This document shows positions 37,701 to 52,516 of a DNA stretch of 64,000 nucleotides, in pieces; within the stretch, counting starts at the first letter, position 1, and every line of letters begins with the position of its first letter. The DNA is taken from NCBI GenBank assembly GCA_965112155.1, contig OZ218100.1, one strand, 5' to 3'. The position numbers and the translations under genes were made by a program. This stretch comes from Podarcis liolepis. Lineage: Eukaryota. The notes below the pieces were generated by a model. The model was not told the DNA's origin. It did no database searches and worked only from the letters and a program-made list of their open reading frames with translations.

Positions 37701-40270
37701 TAGAATTTTGTCTCTCTTTGCTACTATATGCCTCAGTTCCTCAGACTCCCTTCCTGAGAAAATTGGTTAAGACACAGAGGCTTGTAGGTGTTGTTGGACT
37801 ACAACTCCCTGACCATGCTGGCTTGGGCATATGGGAGTTGTGGTTCAAAACACCTGGACAACACCGGGTTGGGGAAGGTGGCTCCAGACCTACACAAACT
37901 AAGAACTGAAGTAATACTAGGGCAACCAGCTCCTTAAGAAACAGAATGACTAACCAGCCTCAGTACAGTAAACAGAATATCACCTGCAAAGCCAGCAGTG
38001 TAGTGTTTGTAGAATGCAAATTCCCTGGATGCCACATGAAGTATGTTAGGAAAGCAACTGCAGGCCTTAGTGCACATTTGAGAAATCATGTCAAAAGCAA
38101 ATAAGGAGCGGGCAGCCGCAATAAAAATAGCCACTTCTAAGTCAGAAACCACAAAGAACTTATGGCTGAAATTCCCAACACATTTCAACACATGTCTATT
38201 ATCAGGCAAGCAAATATCAGTAGACAATAAATAAAATCAGTATGAAAGCAACAATCTATAAAAACCCGGAATAACATAAGCATACAAAATAAATAACTAG
38301 TGTGAAAATTAGTAACGTGCAATCCATAAATACCTTAACAATAACATGAAGATGGCATATGGGTGACCCATGAGAGCGGTGTAATAACTGAAACAGGGCA
38401 GCAGTGATGGGTGAAATCAGGTTGAAACTTTAATGACTATAGCAGGTAAGCAGAGTTGGCATGGCAGTAAGACAAGGATTATTGCCTCATTCCAGTCAGC
38501 CCATCTGAGGTGATCACCCAGCGTTGAACCCTGGTGTGGTGCAAGCCAGGCATCCAGGTTCTCACTGGGCGGCCAAGGTGAAAAATTCCAGCCAGGTAGC
38601 ATGCCTTAGTCAACCCTTTCCTCAGGCCCCTTATGTGATCCCCTTTACTATGCTGATCTTGACCTATGCAATTTTTGCCCCACAAAAGTACAGAATTATC
38701 TCAGCACCTAATGTAAGCAAAGCTTTATGTCACTAGAGGAAAAGGCAGAAAAAACTCCAACTGAGGGCGAGCTCAAGTTGGGAAGGAAGAAACTTCTTTC
38801 TGGCCTTGTAAAGCAGTGACCCGGATAGTTAGTTCAGTGAGGCTCTTGCACCAAGAGCAGGTGAGTGGGAAGCTTGTAGGGCAAAATGGCCACAAATCCT
38901 CATGGCTGAGGCCTTTTAAGCTCTTGGCTCCTCTTGCATCTCCCAAAATCATGCAGGATGCCCAGCATTCTGCGAGACCTCACAAGAGTTGCAAAGAGAT
39001 GCAGCATTACACACACGCACACACACACACACACTGCTTTCTGGGCCCCATGCTGCTGGGCAAAGTCACCCCACACACAAGTTGCCCTTAGAAAAAGGCT
39101 TAAAAGTCTATTGGTTTACAATCCCTAGGTCTGCTCAGAGTAGTCAAGCCCACTACACAATGAGATAGCTCTATAATTTGAGCTATGAAAAGGCCAACAC
39201 ACAACATTCAAACTAGCTGTGACTTTTCCAGTAGGTTGTGTGTAAAATAATAGTTAAAACTGTGGGGTAAATTCAGATTCCAGAAGGATGAAAAGCCTGT
39301 TTAATGCTGGTTTAAAATCTTGTTTAACTTTTTTTTATATTACCTTTCCATATCTGCCCTAGTGGTTCTCCCAGGCATTCAGAGCTTTTTTTGGGGGGGG
39401 GGGGGGTTGCTGGGAGAGGAGAGGGAGGGGAGGTTCTATTCCACATGTGGAATTTGTTCTGTGACCACAATAGCCTCATCTACAAGCACACCAGTCTACA
39501 ACTATCTGCATTGAAAGGTTCTTTGGAACAATTTTTACTACCTCTGCTCCCATTGAATTTGATCTTTATCTAGAAATACCATAGAATTTGCCCCCCCCAA
39601 AAAAAAACCCCAGCCACTTTTAAGTTTTTCAGGACATGCGAAAGCTCTAAATTTTATCTAAATGCCAGTTTCTGAAAGGTGCAAAATGCTTTCAACACTC
39701 ATCCATCTCAGACCTTTGATGTACTGAGGGTTGTATTTCAAGAGTTGGCTGCCATCTCCCATGACAGTGAGAAGGTTATTAGAGCAATGTGACTCTGCTG
39801 CTTTGGTAACCTCTGAATTATGGAATCACTTGGGATAAGTGGATCTTGTGTGAAATTCCAGAATCGGCACAGGGAAAGGTAGCTTACCACAGAAAACATT
39901 CCCATTTCAGGGCTTCATTAAGAACATGATTAAATAGTCCCATAGATTTTTTTTGGGGGGGGGGGTAGGGAAGCAGCTACAATAAAGCATCTGAAACTCA
40001 GGACATGGCAATAACAGGTCCATTGCCCTGCCTATAAGATAACAAAACAGGTAGCTTTTTCGTTATCAACACTTTGCTTGGGGAAAGGTGCAAATGATTT
40101 GAAATGTGGCTAGAACTGGTATGCATACAGGGAAGTAAGCTCCATGGACATATATTTAATCAGATAGCTCCACTGGTCCATTATAACAAATTCATAACAT
40201 CAGTAAAATATTAAATTTATTAGTAAGAACAAATAGTCATATGGCAGTTCATCTAGTCTGAAATAGAATA

Positions 40271-40512
40271 CAGTGGTACCTCGGGTTAAGAACTTAATTC
40301 GTTCAAGAGGTCCGTTCTTAACCTGAAACTGTTCTTAACCTGAAGCACCACATTAGCTAATGGGGCCTCCCGCTGCCACCACGCCACCGCTGCGCGATTT
40401 CTGTTCTCATCCTGAAGCAAAGTTCTTAACCTGAGGTACTATTTCTGGTTTAGCAGAGTCTGTAACCTGAAGTGTCTGTAAGCTGAAGCGTATGTAACCC
40501 AAGGTACCACTG
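40271..40512. mobile_element. Tc1/mariner-type MITE, same family as 19173-19398 but opposite orientation
   Basis: TA|CAGTGGTACCTCGGGTTA ... TAACCCAAGGTACCACTG|TA. Confidence 0.9.
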
Positions 40513-41139
40513 TACTGTGAACTCAAAAGCTCACATGCTGTATTGTAAACATTAGTTTGTCCTAATAAATACAGTATTTTGCTTCCCAATATGACACTGG
40601 CAAATCTTAAAACACTTACTAGGAAGTACCAGTAAACCCTATTGTGCATTGTGGGACTTATTTCTAAGTAGATAAACATTTAAGATTAAGCTGTCACTCC
40701 CATGTCAGTGGGTTTAGATTGAGAATGGAATAGATGCTAATCTAATGGAAAGTAAAATGATTCAAATATATAAGCAAAGCATGCTATACACCCTTTCCTG
40801 GACTTTCAAATTTCAGATGAAGGAATTGTACCTTCCTACATAAAAGCTTTGCCAATGAAAAGCTAGTATGTCAGCAGAATGCTAATCTAATACACGAATT
40901 GCTGCTATAAATTTATTGCATCAGCATGATGATTCCATCCCTGTGGTGCATTTTCAGTTATTATCACTGCTCCCGATTTTCTCAGTGAAGGGGTAGCCAA
41001 AGGGGGCAAATGTATGGCTAACAATTCCATCTATTAACAGGAACAGAAAAGAGTGCGCTCTTCCAATTAAATAGCTACTCTTCAAATTATTACAATTTGA
41101 CTGGTTGCCAATTATTTTGCGATTCAAGAATGCTTCCAC

Positions 41140-41560
41140 CAATACCAACCTGGCTGTGTATTGAGATCTGCAGGGGAGGCCCCATTTGTGATCCCATTGC
41201 TGAGTGAGTTTCAAAGCATGGGGGTACATGGGAGGGCCTTCTCTGCTCTGGCACCACACTTATGGAATTATGTCCCCTTCGAGGTGTGCCCAGCTTCAAC
41301 ATTATTTTGCCAATTAGTGAAGATGTACCTGTTTCAAACATTGGAGTGGGGTAAAGTACATTGTGGATGGAGAGTGTACTTTACTTTATTCCTGGTGATG
41401 GTGGTGTTTACTGGGCAATCTATTATTTACTCTAATTTCATATATTGCTAATTATGGTTTTTAAGGTAAATGAATCTTCTGTCCTGGAACTTTTGGGTGA
41501 AGGGCAACTTATAAATAAATAAATAAATAAATAAATAAATCATACATACATACATACATG
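41140..41560 (+). mobile_element. L2 LINE 3' end with (AAAT)n/(CATA)n tail
   Basis: Peptide RAFSALAPHLWN followed by a T-rich UTR and the tail. Confidence 0.75.
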
Positions 41561-41810
41561 TTTGCAAGTTAAAAACAAACCAACCCATAGATCAGAACAA
41601 AAAATTAAGCATTGTTGAAAACTCCCTTAATGTTCCCAATACTAGGTAGGTGAGCTAGAACTTTTAGTGAGAGAGACTTATATTAGATCCTTTTCAGTTA
41701 AAGGTTTGGTCCCATGAAATGGGCACACACAAATTAGATGAGGACTGTAGAGCACATGCCTGAAATAACTGGAGGCTGTCTAAGAACTTGGGTAAGATGA
41801 CTGTGTATTA

Positions 41811-41861
41811 TGTATTCTTGTAAATTGTGTATTCTTGTAAATTGTGTATTCTTGTAAATTG
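41811..41861. repeat. 17-bp tandem repeat, 3 copies (tgtattcttgtaaattg)
   Basis: Read directly. Confidence 0.9.
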
Positions 41862-41988
41862 AGTAAAGGGGCATTTCTTTTGATAGAACTTAGCACTGGT
41901 CAATGCAACATTTTATAGTATTGTATTTTTTGCATTTATACGGATGTTGTTGTTACAATTCACTTTCTTTCAGCATAAAGACTCTTAA

Positions 41989-42309
<321 letters not shown>

Positions 42310-43323
42310 TGAATTTCGTCAGTCATTCATGCATGTATTTCATGCTAAAAAAAGAAAAAGGAAATACATAATCCTGTAGCAGTGGTTTTTGTTCTACATT
42401 GACCATTCACATATATTTCGGGTAGGGACCCTTCACCTCCGTATGGAATAGCAAAGTGTTCCCAATCAGTGAGAAAAAACGAACAGTTCAGCTTATCACT
42501 GCCTCTCTGATTTATCAATTTCCACAGTAATCGTGGTGTCAGTATGTTGCAGCAAAAACTACACAGAGTTTTATGGCACCTAACAAACCTGTGACATAAG
42601 CTTTTCTCATTTATTATTATCATTTTCTTAATTTATGAATCACCTTCCACATGAATCTCCAGGTAATTAAAAACTACTGAAAAAAATCATGGCAGCATTG
42701 ACTTGTCCGCTGTTGCAATTAGAGATACCCTCTGATCCAAAAACATTAGAGAAAACATATGGATATATAAACAACACCCCATGCCCTCGGCCTAGAAGAA
42801 ATACTTCACATCACTTACTACAGCAGGTGCCACACCTCTGAATGTTGCCATCTTGGCTACAGCCCCCTTTGGCACTGGAGCAGAGGAAGCTGAAACATTT
42901 TACTTTTAAGACTTCAGGATCTCTGCTCTGTTAATCACTTTAACATAGTCATAATCCAAAGAACCATGCAACCCATTCTGCTTCTCCAAAGGGGCTTTGG
43001 TCCCTTGTTTCTTGAACAGCAAAGCCAAGTTGCATAGCAAGCATCTTGAGATGGAGGAGAACTTTTAAAAAGTTTGTGATGGCATGGAGGTCTGCCAGGC
43101 ACATCCAACCTCTTAGGCTTATCTCAAGAAGCAAATTGCATCTTGGCTCTGAAACAGTATTATACATTGTAATGTATAAGGACAATTTGCGTACAAGGAA
43201 TTTTTTTGTATGTAACTAATAAAGTAACTACAGAATATGGAGGTACAAATATTCCAATAAATGGTATTGGTACAGATAGGTTGTCAAAATACTTGTTTGT
43301 AATACTCTTTTTTTATCCTATAG

Positions 43324-43449
43324 GAATTAATCACCGCCTGGTACATAGGATTTTTAGTATTGATTTTTTCATCCTTCCTCGTCTACCTGGTTGAAAAAGA
43401 TACAAATGCTCAATTTTCTACATATGCAGATGCTCTGTGGTGGGGCACA
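43324..43449 (+). CDS. KCNQ5: KCNQ5 exon 5 (S5, turret, pore helix): [42 protein letters not shown]
   Basis: 126 nt, ctatag acceptor and gtaagt donor; the retigabine-site Trp (TAWYIGF) is present. Confidence 0.97.
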
Positions 43450-43838
43450 GTAAGTACAGAATCAACTGAACTACATGATTTACACTATGCAATATTTAAA
43501 AACCATGGCCTAGCATGAAAGTGCTCCCGTGCAGGCTCATGGAAAAGAGATTGTGGCCACTGTGCTCTTGCCCAGTCATTCTGCGGCTATGCAGAGTCAT
43601 GGTTTGGCCTGGTGTATCATCCAGTCCAGGGCTTGTGATTTAACTCCCCCAAACAAACATGAGTTGTAAACCATAGGACAAATCTTGATTACCGCTCATT
43701 ATTACTTTGTAAGTCAGGTTCAGATATCATGCTTTGGCCAGCTGTGACTTAGCTCAGTGCAGCACAGAAGCAGAATGACCAGGAAGGAGCAACGGGGCAG
43801 GGAGCTCCTTTCCTGGAGCCTATGATTTCTCTCTAAGC

Positions 43839-43979
43839 CAAGCATAGGCAAAGTCCGGCCCCCCAGATGTTTGGGACTACAATTCACATCATCCCTGACC
43901 ACTGGTCCTGTTAGCTTGGGACGATGGGAATTATACTGTAGTCCCAAAGATCTGGAGGGCTGGAGTTTGCCTATGCCTG
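43839..43979. mobile_element. Palindromic hAT MITE (family of 20428-20563)
   Basis: caagcataggcaaagtccggcc ... ggagtttgcctatgcctg. Confidence 0.85.
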
Positions 43980-45159
43980 CAGCCTAAGCCATGGTTTGGC
44001 TTAGCGTGATATGCAAACCAGTTCATAATCAGAGAAGAAGGCCTTAAGTCATATTGGCAGCAGCTGAATTGTGTTGGTATTTGAAGCTTTGAAGCATATT
44101 AGTCCCACATGACAGAATGATCTGTGGATAAAAATGATAAGTGTCCCTTTGGTATGGTTAATTAAGATTTCAGATTTCACTAATTAGAGTAGCTGTATTA
44201 TAATAAAAAGACACTCATCACTTAACCACATTTGATTAATTTTTGGATTGTTTGCTTAATTAACAGTTAACCGTAGTGTACTGAAATAAATTTTGCTGCA
44301 TTAAATAACATACCTAGGGAATTAAGAGCCTTTTGATATTATCATAATTTGGATATACCAGGTTCCAGACCTTTTCAAAGATGTGTCTGTTACTGAAGAT
44401 CATAACAAAAGGAATTTTAAATTCTCTAGAATAGAAACTTAAGGCTAGAGAGAGAGAGATATTTTTTGCTTATTCCAGATCATAGCCCTTTAATTGTTTT
44501 CTCATAGCTGCCGAAAGCATTTATGCAAAATTAAGGTACATTTTGTAAACTGCTTTGCAGGTTGGTTGGTTTTTTTACAATCAAGCAGCATATAAATTTT
44601 ATGAAATAGATAAATAAAAATAAGCATGAGCTCTTGTTCACACAGCAAGGTAAATGACGAAGTTCTCAATAACAAAAGGCTGTGTACATACTAACCTGCA
44701 CACAAACCAACCTGGAATTGTACATACTTAACTTCAAAATGTTGCTTTCAGTCTTGATTGATTCTAGTTTCTGTCATCCACAGGGGTAGAGTGACTATGT
44801 GCATTTGAAAATCCTCCCTTTGATTAGATTATCCTAGCCTTCTCCTCCCTGTGCATGCCCCAGGTGAATGCAGAAGGAAGTCCTGATCTTGATATATGCC
44901 AACTTACAAGCTCGTTGAGCAGGTGTGGATACACCCCCCACTCACACCTCATTGCTGTGACTGCATACATCTGTTTTCAAATACACACACTGAGAGGTTA
45001 TACACAATCGATCTGTAATGAATTTTCCCCCCAGAATGAAACCAGTTCTTCAAGAAGTGCTTTTCAGGGGCAAAAAATATGCAATAGGTATAGAATGTGG
45101 GCTACATAGGGGGGGGGGGGGGACCAAGAATTCAATCTACATTGATTCTAGGATAAAAT

Positions 45160-45160
<1 letters not shown>

Positions 45161-45199
<39 letters not shown>
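45161..45199. repeat. (TAG)13 microsatellite
   Basis: Read directly; abuts a minus-strand L2-like tail. Confidence 0.95.
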
Positions 45200-45200
<1 letters not shown>

Positions 45201-48172
45201 TCAATTTGTTACCCACCCTTCGCCCTAAGGTCCCAGGCCGGGTTCCAACAACTAAAACAAAATGTTAAAAACAGCTTAAAACAGCTTACAATCAAAAACA
45301 TACAAGTTTCCTGGCACTGTTGCATGTATGCAACCTTAATTACAGTTACTTAGATTCTAGCCATATGTTACTCAAATTGTCTGTGACGTATACTGCAATG
45401 TTTTCCTGGGAACCATAATAATAATAATTCATTATTTATAACCATTTCATTCACGGATGCCTTTACATTTGCAACCAGGAGCAATATAGGCTATGCATGA
45501 GAGATCATTCATTCAGTCTTTAGGCATTTGAAAAGAAATGAAGGTGTGAAACATGGGCAGCCAGATCTGATCCCTCCTGCAGTTGCTGCAGCAGTTCCAG
45601 CACAAGTGTCTGCTTTCACAGCAAGAGCTCCGGTGGCATCCTCTTTGAAGCAAGTGAGACCATCTGCCCAGCTTTGCTCAATTGACTTTTATAAAGACCA
45701 CCTACCATTCTCAGCCGACAGTGGCAATTGCAGGCCAATCAGGGCTCTCGCTCGGGCAGCGGACCTGTCAGAGCCAGGCTTCTGTCAGGTCTGCTGCCGG
45801 ATTTAAAAGCTGAATGCGCTGCAAATGGGCAGTGCCCTCAAAACCAGATGTCCCACCCACCCATTCACTGGCCCCGCCTGGAGGTACGCGGGCAGTGCAT
45901 GCCTATGGCCTTGCTGTGGAATTAATCCGTCACCATATTTGGGGCCAGGGAGAACTTTGCCTGCAAACAAATTGCACCTGTCTGAGGGTTTGCCTTCCTC
46001 ATAGCAACTGGCACAACTTTTGACAGGGAAAACGCATTGGGTATGGATCCTTAGCCTAAGCTTGTGCAAGGGATGGGTGCCCCTTCTGCTGCTCCAGGAT
46101 CAAATTCGGGGTAGCCTGGTAAAAGGGTCCAGGGGTTGGGTTCTGCCTGAAAGCCCAGATGGGAGGCCAGTGGGCCGTAGAACACCCCAGGTGGCATCCT
46201 GGCGGGATCTCCCCATAGATCTGCGTGATGGTGGGATCCTGAACCGCAGGATCAATCCTGATGGAATATCAGCCATCAGCCAGGTTGACTGGGTCAGGAT
46301 ACCTACCTGTGCCTATGCCAAAGCCTACTTACACCTGTAATCAATGATGCTGTGGCCATTTCAATCCCAAGTCGGTGTCTTCATTGCTGTTTTGTCTCTT
46401 CCTACGGCAGCCTCCAGCCTGCTGTGCTTGGGCCTGCAAATTCTCTCCTTCCCAATTAGCCAGGGCAAGTTGGTGCTGCTGCTCAGTGTAGGTGAGGCCC
46501 TGGGGCCAGGCCTTCTGTCCTGCTGCACCCTTCTCCATAGCTCCTAAGGATACAATTGTTTTATCACTCTTGCCCATTTCCCCCCTCCCAATTTGTCATC
46601 GGTCCCAGGTTTATATGCACTGCCAGCAAACACACCTGTTTAAAATATAAAGTTAAGATTGCTGTTGTGGAAAACCAGTTAGTTAGATTGTTTCAAAGTT
46701 GAGGGAAATATATATATGTTTTCATCGTTACTATTGTTTTTTATTTATATTGCACCATCGGCGTACTTTGTGCTTCACAGCAAAATATAAGCAAAGGCTC
46801 TGCCCCTAAGGATGTTAGAACCTACATTAGTTCACAATCTGAATGTCTTCTGAATCACACTATTGCAGTGTGGAGGCAAAAGCAAATCCGCTGTTGAGAA
46901 GCAGACTTGTGAAGCTGTGACATCTCTTTATCGCTCAAGAACCACCCTGCAGCAGGGCTCAAAGGAGGCAAGGAGTCTCTGATACACTTTAAAGGTGTAA
47001 TGTACTTGTCAGGGGGCTTCAGAACCTGTTGAGCGTGTGAAAGAACAGGCTGGATGCTGTTCAGAGAGAGAGAGAGAGAGAGAGAAGTGCTGCTGTTCTT
47101 TCTTTCTAAGGGCTTGCAATTATATAAAGATCTACAGGACCCATGGTATATCTCTCTGCTGCGGAGACTGTGAGCCAGCAGTGTCATTAAAGATAGATGA
47201 CAGCTGGCTCTATCCTTTTCATAAGCTCCTCTTCTTTTCTTCAAATGTAGCTTGGAAACATCTCTCTATTCTCCAGTGTCTGGCAGTGATAGCAACCTGG
47301 ATGAAGGCCAGATTATTCAGGTCCATTCCTGATAAAACAGGTTGATGCTGATTTGCTGAGGAAAGAACTTTGTGGAACTGGCAAGGCCATCAAGGAATGG
47401 AAAGATATTTGTTAGTCCTGTTAACATTTCAGGTCTTTGCTATCGCTACATTTATTTTGGAAATATAATTTATTTTTATTAAGCCAATCAAGAGATAAAT
47501 TCATGAGACTTGATTGTAATTTTTTTTTTGGGGGGGGGGGTTAATTCAAAGCTATGGGTTTATCCCTTTTTACCTATGCAAAGCAGCAGGCAATGAAAGA
47601 TTCTGCATGCAGTAGCAAAAGAAGAGGTCTCCGATAGGACTGAAAGATAAAACTTTATTAACAGTAATTATAGTTTACAAAACAATAAAATGACAGCCCT
47701 TCCTCACACACAGCTATGGGCAATATCCAACTAAGTTCTTCTGCAAGTGCAAGGATTTGTGCTATCAAAATAGAAGTCCCCTCTTCCTGCCCTTTTCACC
47801 CGCTAAATCTGTCCAGGGGGTTCCCCTAACCCTCCAGACCAGATTTTATCCTGTGAAATAATTTGGGGACGGGCACTGGATGCACAATGGCAGAGAAGGG
47901 GGAAAGTTCTATTGCACAAGCATAAGTCCTTGCACTGATGAAACATGATAGACTCCACCCTCTGGCTTGGACCTTTTTAACCAAACAAAGCAGCATTGTT
48001 TTGCAAATTTGCATGTGGAACAGCATACAATCTGGTTGTCTAGGTGTGGCCATTCAAGCTCTGTGCAGATGTAGTTAATGGTAAATAAAATCAGGGCACT
48101 GTATCCATATCAGATGCATAAAGGGGTGTGTTAAGATACTGTTTGGTCTTATCATCAGTGATGGTGGCACAG

Positions 48173-48548
48173 TGTTATGTACTGAGTTGAATAGGATCCA
48201 AAATGCAGCAGTCTGATTGGTCCTAGAACAATAGGATTCAGAATGCAGCAGTCAGATTGGTCCTAGAACTATAAGATTCAGAATGCAGCAGTCTGATTGG
48301 TCCTAGAACAATAGGATCCAGAATGCAGCAGTCTGATTGGTCCGCAGGAGCCACCCAATTCAACTCCAGGTGGAAGTGAATCCGCAACCAGATTGGCCTA
48401 CAGGTGAATCCCGGAATTAGCCAATCACGTGGGGCCCATTGTGTAAATAATGTATATAAAGCAGGCATTTCAGGGGAGCTCCCATTCCTCACTACTATGA
48501 GCTAAATAAAGAGCATTGAAATCCACACTCGACTCCGAGTATCTTTCA
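48173..48548 (+). mobile_element. Solo LTR with an internal 40-bp tandem array
   Basis: TG...CA ends, TSD cacag on both sides, TATATAAA at 48453, AATAAA at 48505, about 3.8 copies of a 40-bp unit from 48190. Confidence 0.88.
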
Positions 48549-49768
48549 CACAGGATCTGCACAATATGTGCCCATGATAGTTATACAGTTGAGTTTCACA
48601 CAGCAGTATTGACAGCAGGAAAAGCTCTACTGTTATTTAAAGAGTAAAAACAAATTGCAGCTTGAGAGAGGAGTTCCCTCCCCAAGGGGTTCTGCAAATG
48701 AAAGGGTTGATGACGTAAGTTCCCCGCAATGAAAAAGTCAAGTCATTGTTTCTCCTCTAAAAGAAGATTCTTAAAAAATTATTATGCTAGACTGCCTCTA
48801 TAATAGGGTCTCCAGTAGCATGTACTTCTGAATTTGTTGTCATTCTTAAAAGCTACAGTGATGGGCATGGTTTAATGGTTAAAATACCTTCCAAATGAAC
48901 TTCACTGAATGGTCTTGTATACACATTTTATGGTGTTTTCTTAAAACCTAATTGAGGGTTTTCCTGGTCTTTTTAACTTCTCTGGTGTCTCTCATTTGAG
49001 AATATATTTCAACTAATCTACTTGTTTAGACATCCAGATTAATTCTAAACTAAATCTCTTTGTTATCTCAGGGTTCATAAGCGGTTGCTTCAAGGGAGTC
49101 CGATTCTGCTATTTAACAAATTGGCATGCTGCATGTGCAAGTGCGGATTCTTAGATCTAGTTGCTGAAGTGTGGGAGGCATTTGCAAGCCAAAATCAGCC
49201 ACCAGGAGGGGAGTTAACCCTTTCTATGCCCACTCATTCACCCCAACAATACCCCCAGGCCACTTCCCACCTGCAGGCAGGCTTACATTCAGTTTCTGAG
49301 AAGGGGGGAAATATCAAAAACAGTTGAAGCATTTGAGGCTGGTCCATGATTAAAGCAATGGAGGGCAGCTCCAGCAGTCTCATTCTGCCCTTAGCTTGCC
49401 TGCCTTCTTATTTACAAGCAGACCATGGGATGGTACTGCCTGTCAACTTCCTCCTTAGCTTCAGTGTTGCCTTTGCAGAACTCAACAGGGATGAGGAGGA
49501 AGACAAAATGGGAATTGGTTGGCTCTGGCCTCCCTTGCTATTAGTCTCCCTGCCTTCCCAATCCTACCAGTCCCAGTGGACATCAGGCACCACTAATTTG
49601 AGGAACGAGGCAGGGTTTTTTAGTGAGCAAGCCCCATTCAAATCACTACTTACGGACCAGGAAAGTTTCATATTTTGGTTATTCTTTATCATTTTGCCAT
49701 TGTGAATATTGCCCAGTTAATGTTAAAATTATCGACATCTGTGCCATCCACTTTTTTTCTCACAGTAA

Positions 49769-50032
<264 letters not shown>

Positions 50033-52420
50033 TAAAAGCTCATTTATTGTCCCGTGATAACTGTAAAATCTATCTGATAAGTCCCAGAATTTATTTTGGT
50101 AATATTGTACCCATATATCGTTCCATAAGCAGTAGGCAGCTTTTTATGTGAGGCATGTTAGTGAGGCTTATTGGGAATGGGACATTCAGCCCCCACTATC
50201 CATAAATGACAAGATTCAGTCCACCCTAGTTCCCCATCTATCCACATGGTTGATGTGGGCAGGATCTGAAGTGGCTAAAGAACCTGCTTCCTGCCATCAA
50301 TACAGATATCCCCAGTGGAAAATATATCTGCCTTGTCCAAAAACACACATCATTGTGTGGTTATGGGATCTGCCGTGAAGATCTAGTAGTTAATATATCA
50401 CTGTGCAGATTTTCATGCAGATCCAGTCAGGGCTTCTTTTTTGGCAAATATAATGAGATTATCCTTGTAATGTTTTTTGGATTGTCAAAAAGCATCCAGA
50501 AGAAATTTTACTCATCTTGCAGGAAGCTAGGGAACACACAGTTCTATCCTCTTGAGCTTCTTAGTATAATTATGAATATTCTCAACCTATTTCAGCTGAG
50601 ATGCAAAAATAATAATAATGGTGATATAATTAACCAAATTGTTTCCATGCCTTGCAGGCATGCTGTGTTATATTAATAATTAAAGTAAAGCATTTACCTT
50701 AGAGTTTATAAGTCAGAAATATTATTTCTGATCCAGCTGCTAACTACTGGTCTTGAAGGAAGGAAACTGTATAATCTGTGCTGAAATTCTTGTGAACCTA
50801 GATAAGCTTGCCTGCCTGCTGACACTGACACCTAGCTGTGAGTTTTAGTAACATTATTGGAATATTTTCCATGTTCCCTTTAAATGATCATTGTATACAG
50901 TACTTCTAAAAAGTTTGCTTCTATAAATAAATATCCTGAACACCCCTGGGGCCACAATACAAGTCTTTTATTCAGAAGTATAGGGTGATATGCACTGAGT
51001 AAGGTGATATAGCACATTGGTTAAAAACAGGCCCCTGGTTTAACTATTAAATCACCCTATGCTCACTTAGGTTTAGGCAAGCCACTATTTTTCAGTCTCA
51101 ACCTTTCAAATGGAATGTGAGAAAAATACTACTACATTATGTGGCATAATGTTGTGATGCTTCCTTAAGACATATGTTTGGTGGAAGTAAACGAAAGTGC
51201 TGCTGAATTTGCAGGTTTCCTGTCTTCACACTTAAGTCCAGTTTAAAGGAATCCCAGTTGAGCTCTTTCAGTTATTTCACTGATATTTAGAGCTAAACCA
51301 TACGTTGTGTTGAAGCTCCCAATATGGTTTTCACTTGTAAAAACAGTCACAGCATTCCATGCATTTGTTTTGGGGCTGCAGCATGGGGCAGAGGTTGTCT
51401 CCTCCTTTCCTCCTGCACTATGACCCCAGCACAGATTGCCCACTCAAGCTGCTATTAAGTGCACAGGGGGTAGACTACATGTTTACTCAGCTATTTCACA
51501 TTTTTAAACTAACTCCTGCTTTTCTACAAAGGGGCACTGGAGCTGAGTGATTTGCAGGTAAGAGCTCACAGATGAGAGGAGGGTGCTTAACCCTTCCCCC
51601 TGTCATTTGCACCTTGCAATTTCCATTTGCCATTACCTTTTCTACATTGTTCCATACACATGTTGGAAAATGTCTGGAATACGTGTGGGGGTGTCTACAT
51701 ATTGGGGTGGGGGATGTAGGAGAAAAGGAGTAGGCAAAAAAAAGGTTAATCACTCTCCTCTCACCTGTCATTTTTTCCTGGCAAATCATCCCTTCTTTAC
51801 AATGGAAAACTTGTGAAAACACAAGTTGGCAACATAGCATGCACTTCTGGGCATAGAGCCAAACTGAACAGTGAGGTGTAAATGGTAAACATGGTGATGG
51901 TAGATTCTTTCTGAATTGCTTTAAAACTGGACTGGGACAATTCAAAACATAGGCTGCAGATAGGAGAGGGTTAGTGAACACCTCTTCTGCCTGCACTTTC
52001 CCCAAAAAACTGCCTGTCCTCATTTTGCTCCTGGCTGGGCACCAAGACTTTTGACTGAAGTCCCTTTTGAGATAGAAAAACCTGAAGAAACGTTGTTCAG
52101 GGGAAATGTATGAGCAAGGGAAAGCTTCAACAGCTTTCCTTCCACCAACCGCTACTGTGCTTTAAATTGCTCTGCTCTGTATATTGTAGAGAATGGGCAC
52201 AACCCTGTATTGTCTGGCCACTAAACACACTTGATTTGCTCCAGATTGTGTCCAATGTGTTATTTCAAGTATCCAAAGAGTGGAGGAGCTATGCTTACTA
52301 TGGCAGGTGCTACTTGTATGTGTAACACTTCTAGATGATTTTAAAGATTGTATGCTCTTAACCCCTTACCAAAACGACTATCCTGACCATGAATATTTGT
52401 CATACTGTACTGCACTCCAG

Positions 52421-52516
52421 GGCATTCTTGGGTCAGGATTTGCGTTAAAAGTACAGGAACAGCATCGTCAGAAACATTTTGAAAAAAGAAGGAATCCCGC
52501 TGCCAGTTTAATTCAA
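52421..52516 (+). CDS. KCNQ5: KCNQ5 exon 7 (end of S6, start of helix A): [32 protein letters not shown]
   Basis: 96 nt, ctccag acceptor and gtaagt donor; ends in phase 0 at the IQ of the calmodulin-binding IQxxWR motif. Confidence 0.97.

Noticed and set aside
48190-48343. Regular 40-bp array resembling CRISPR
   Set aside because: Head-to-tail tandem units with no unique spacers, inside a vertebrate LTR.
51496-52023. 175-aa minus-strand ORF
   Set aside because: No domain similarity or splice support; composition looks non-coding.
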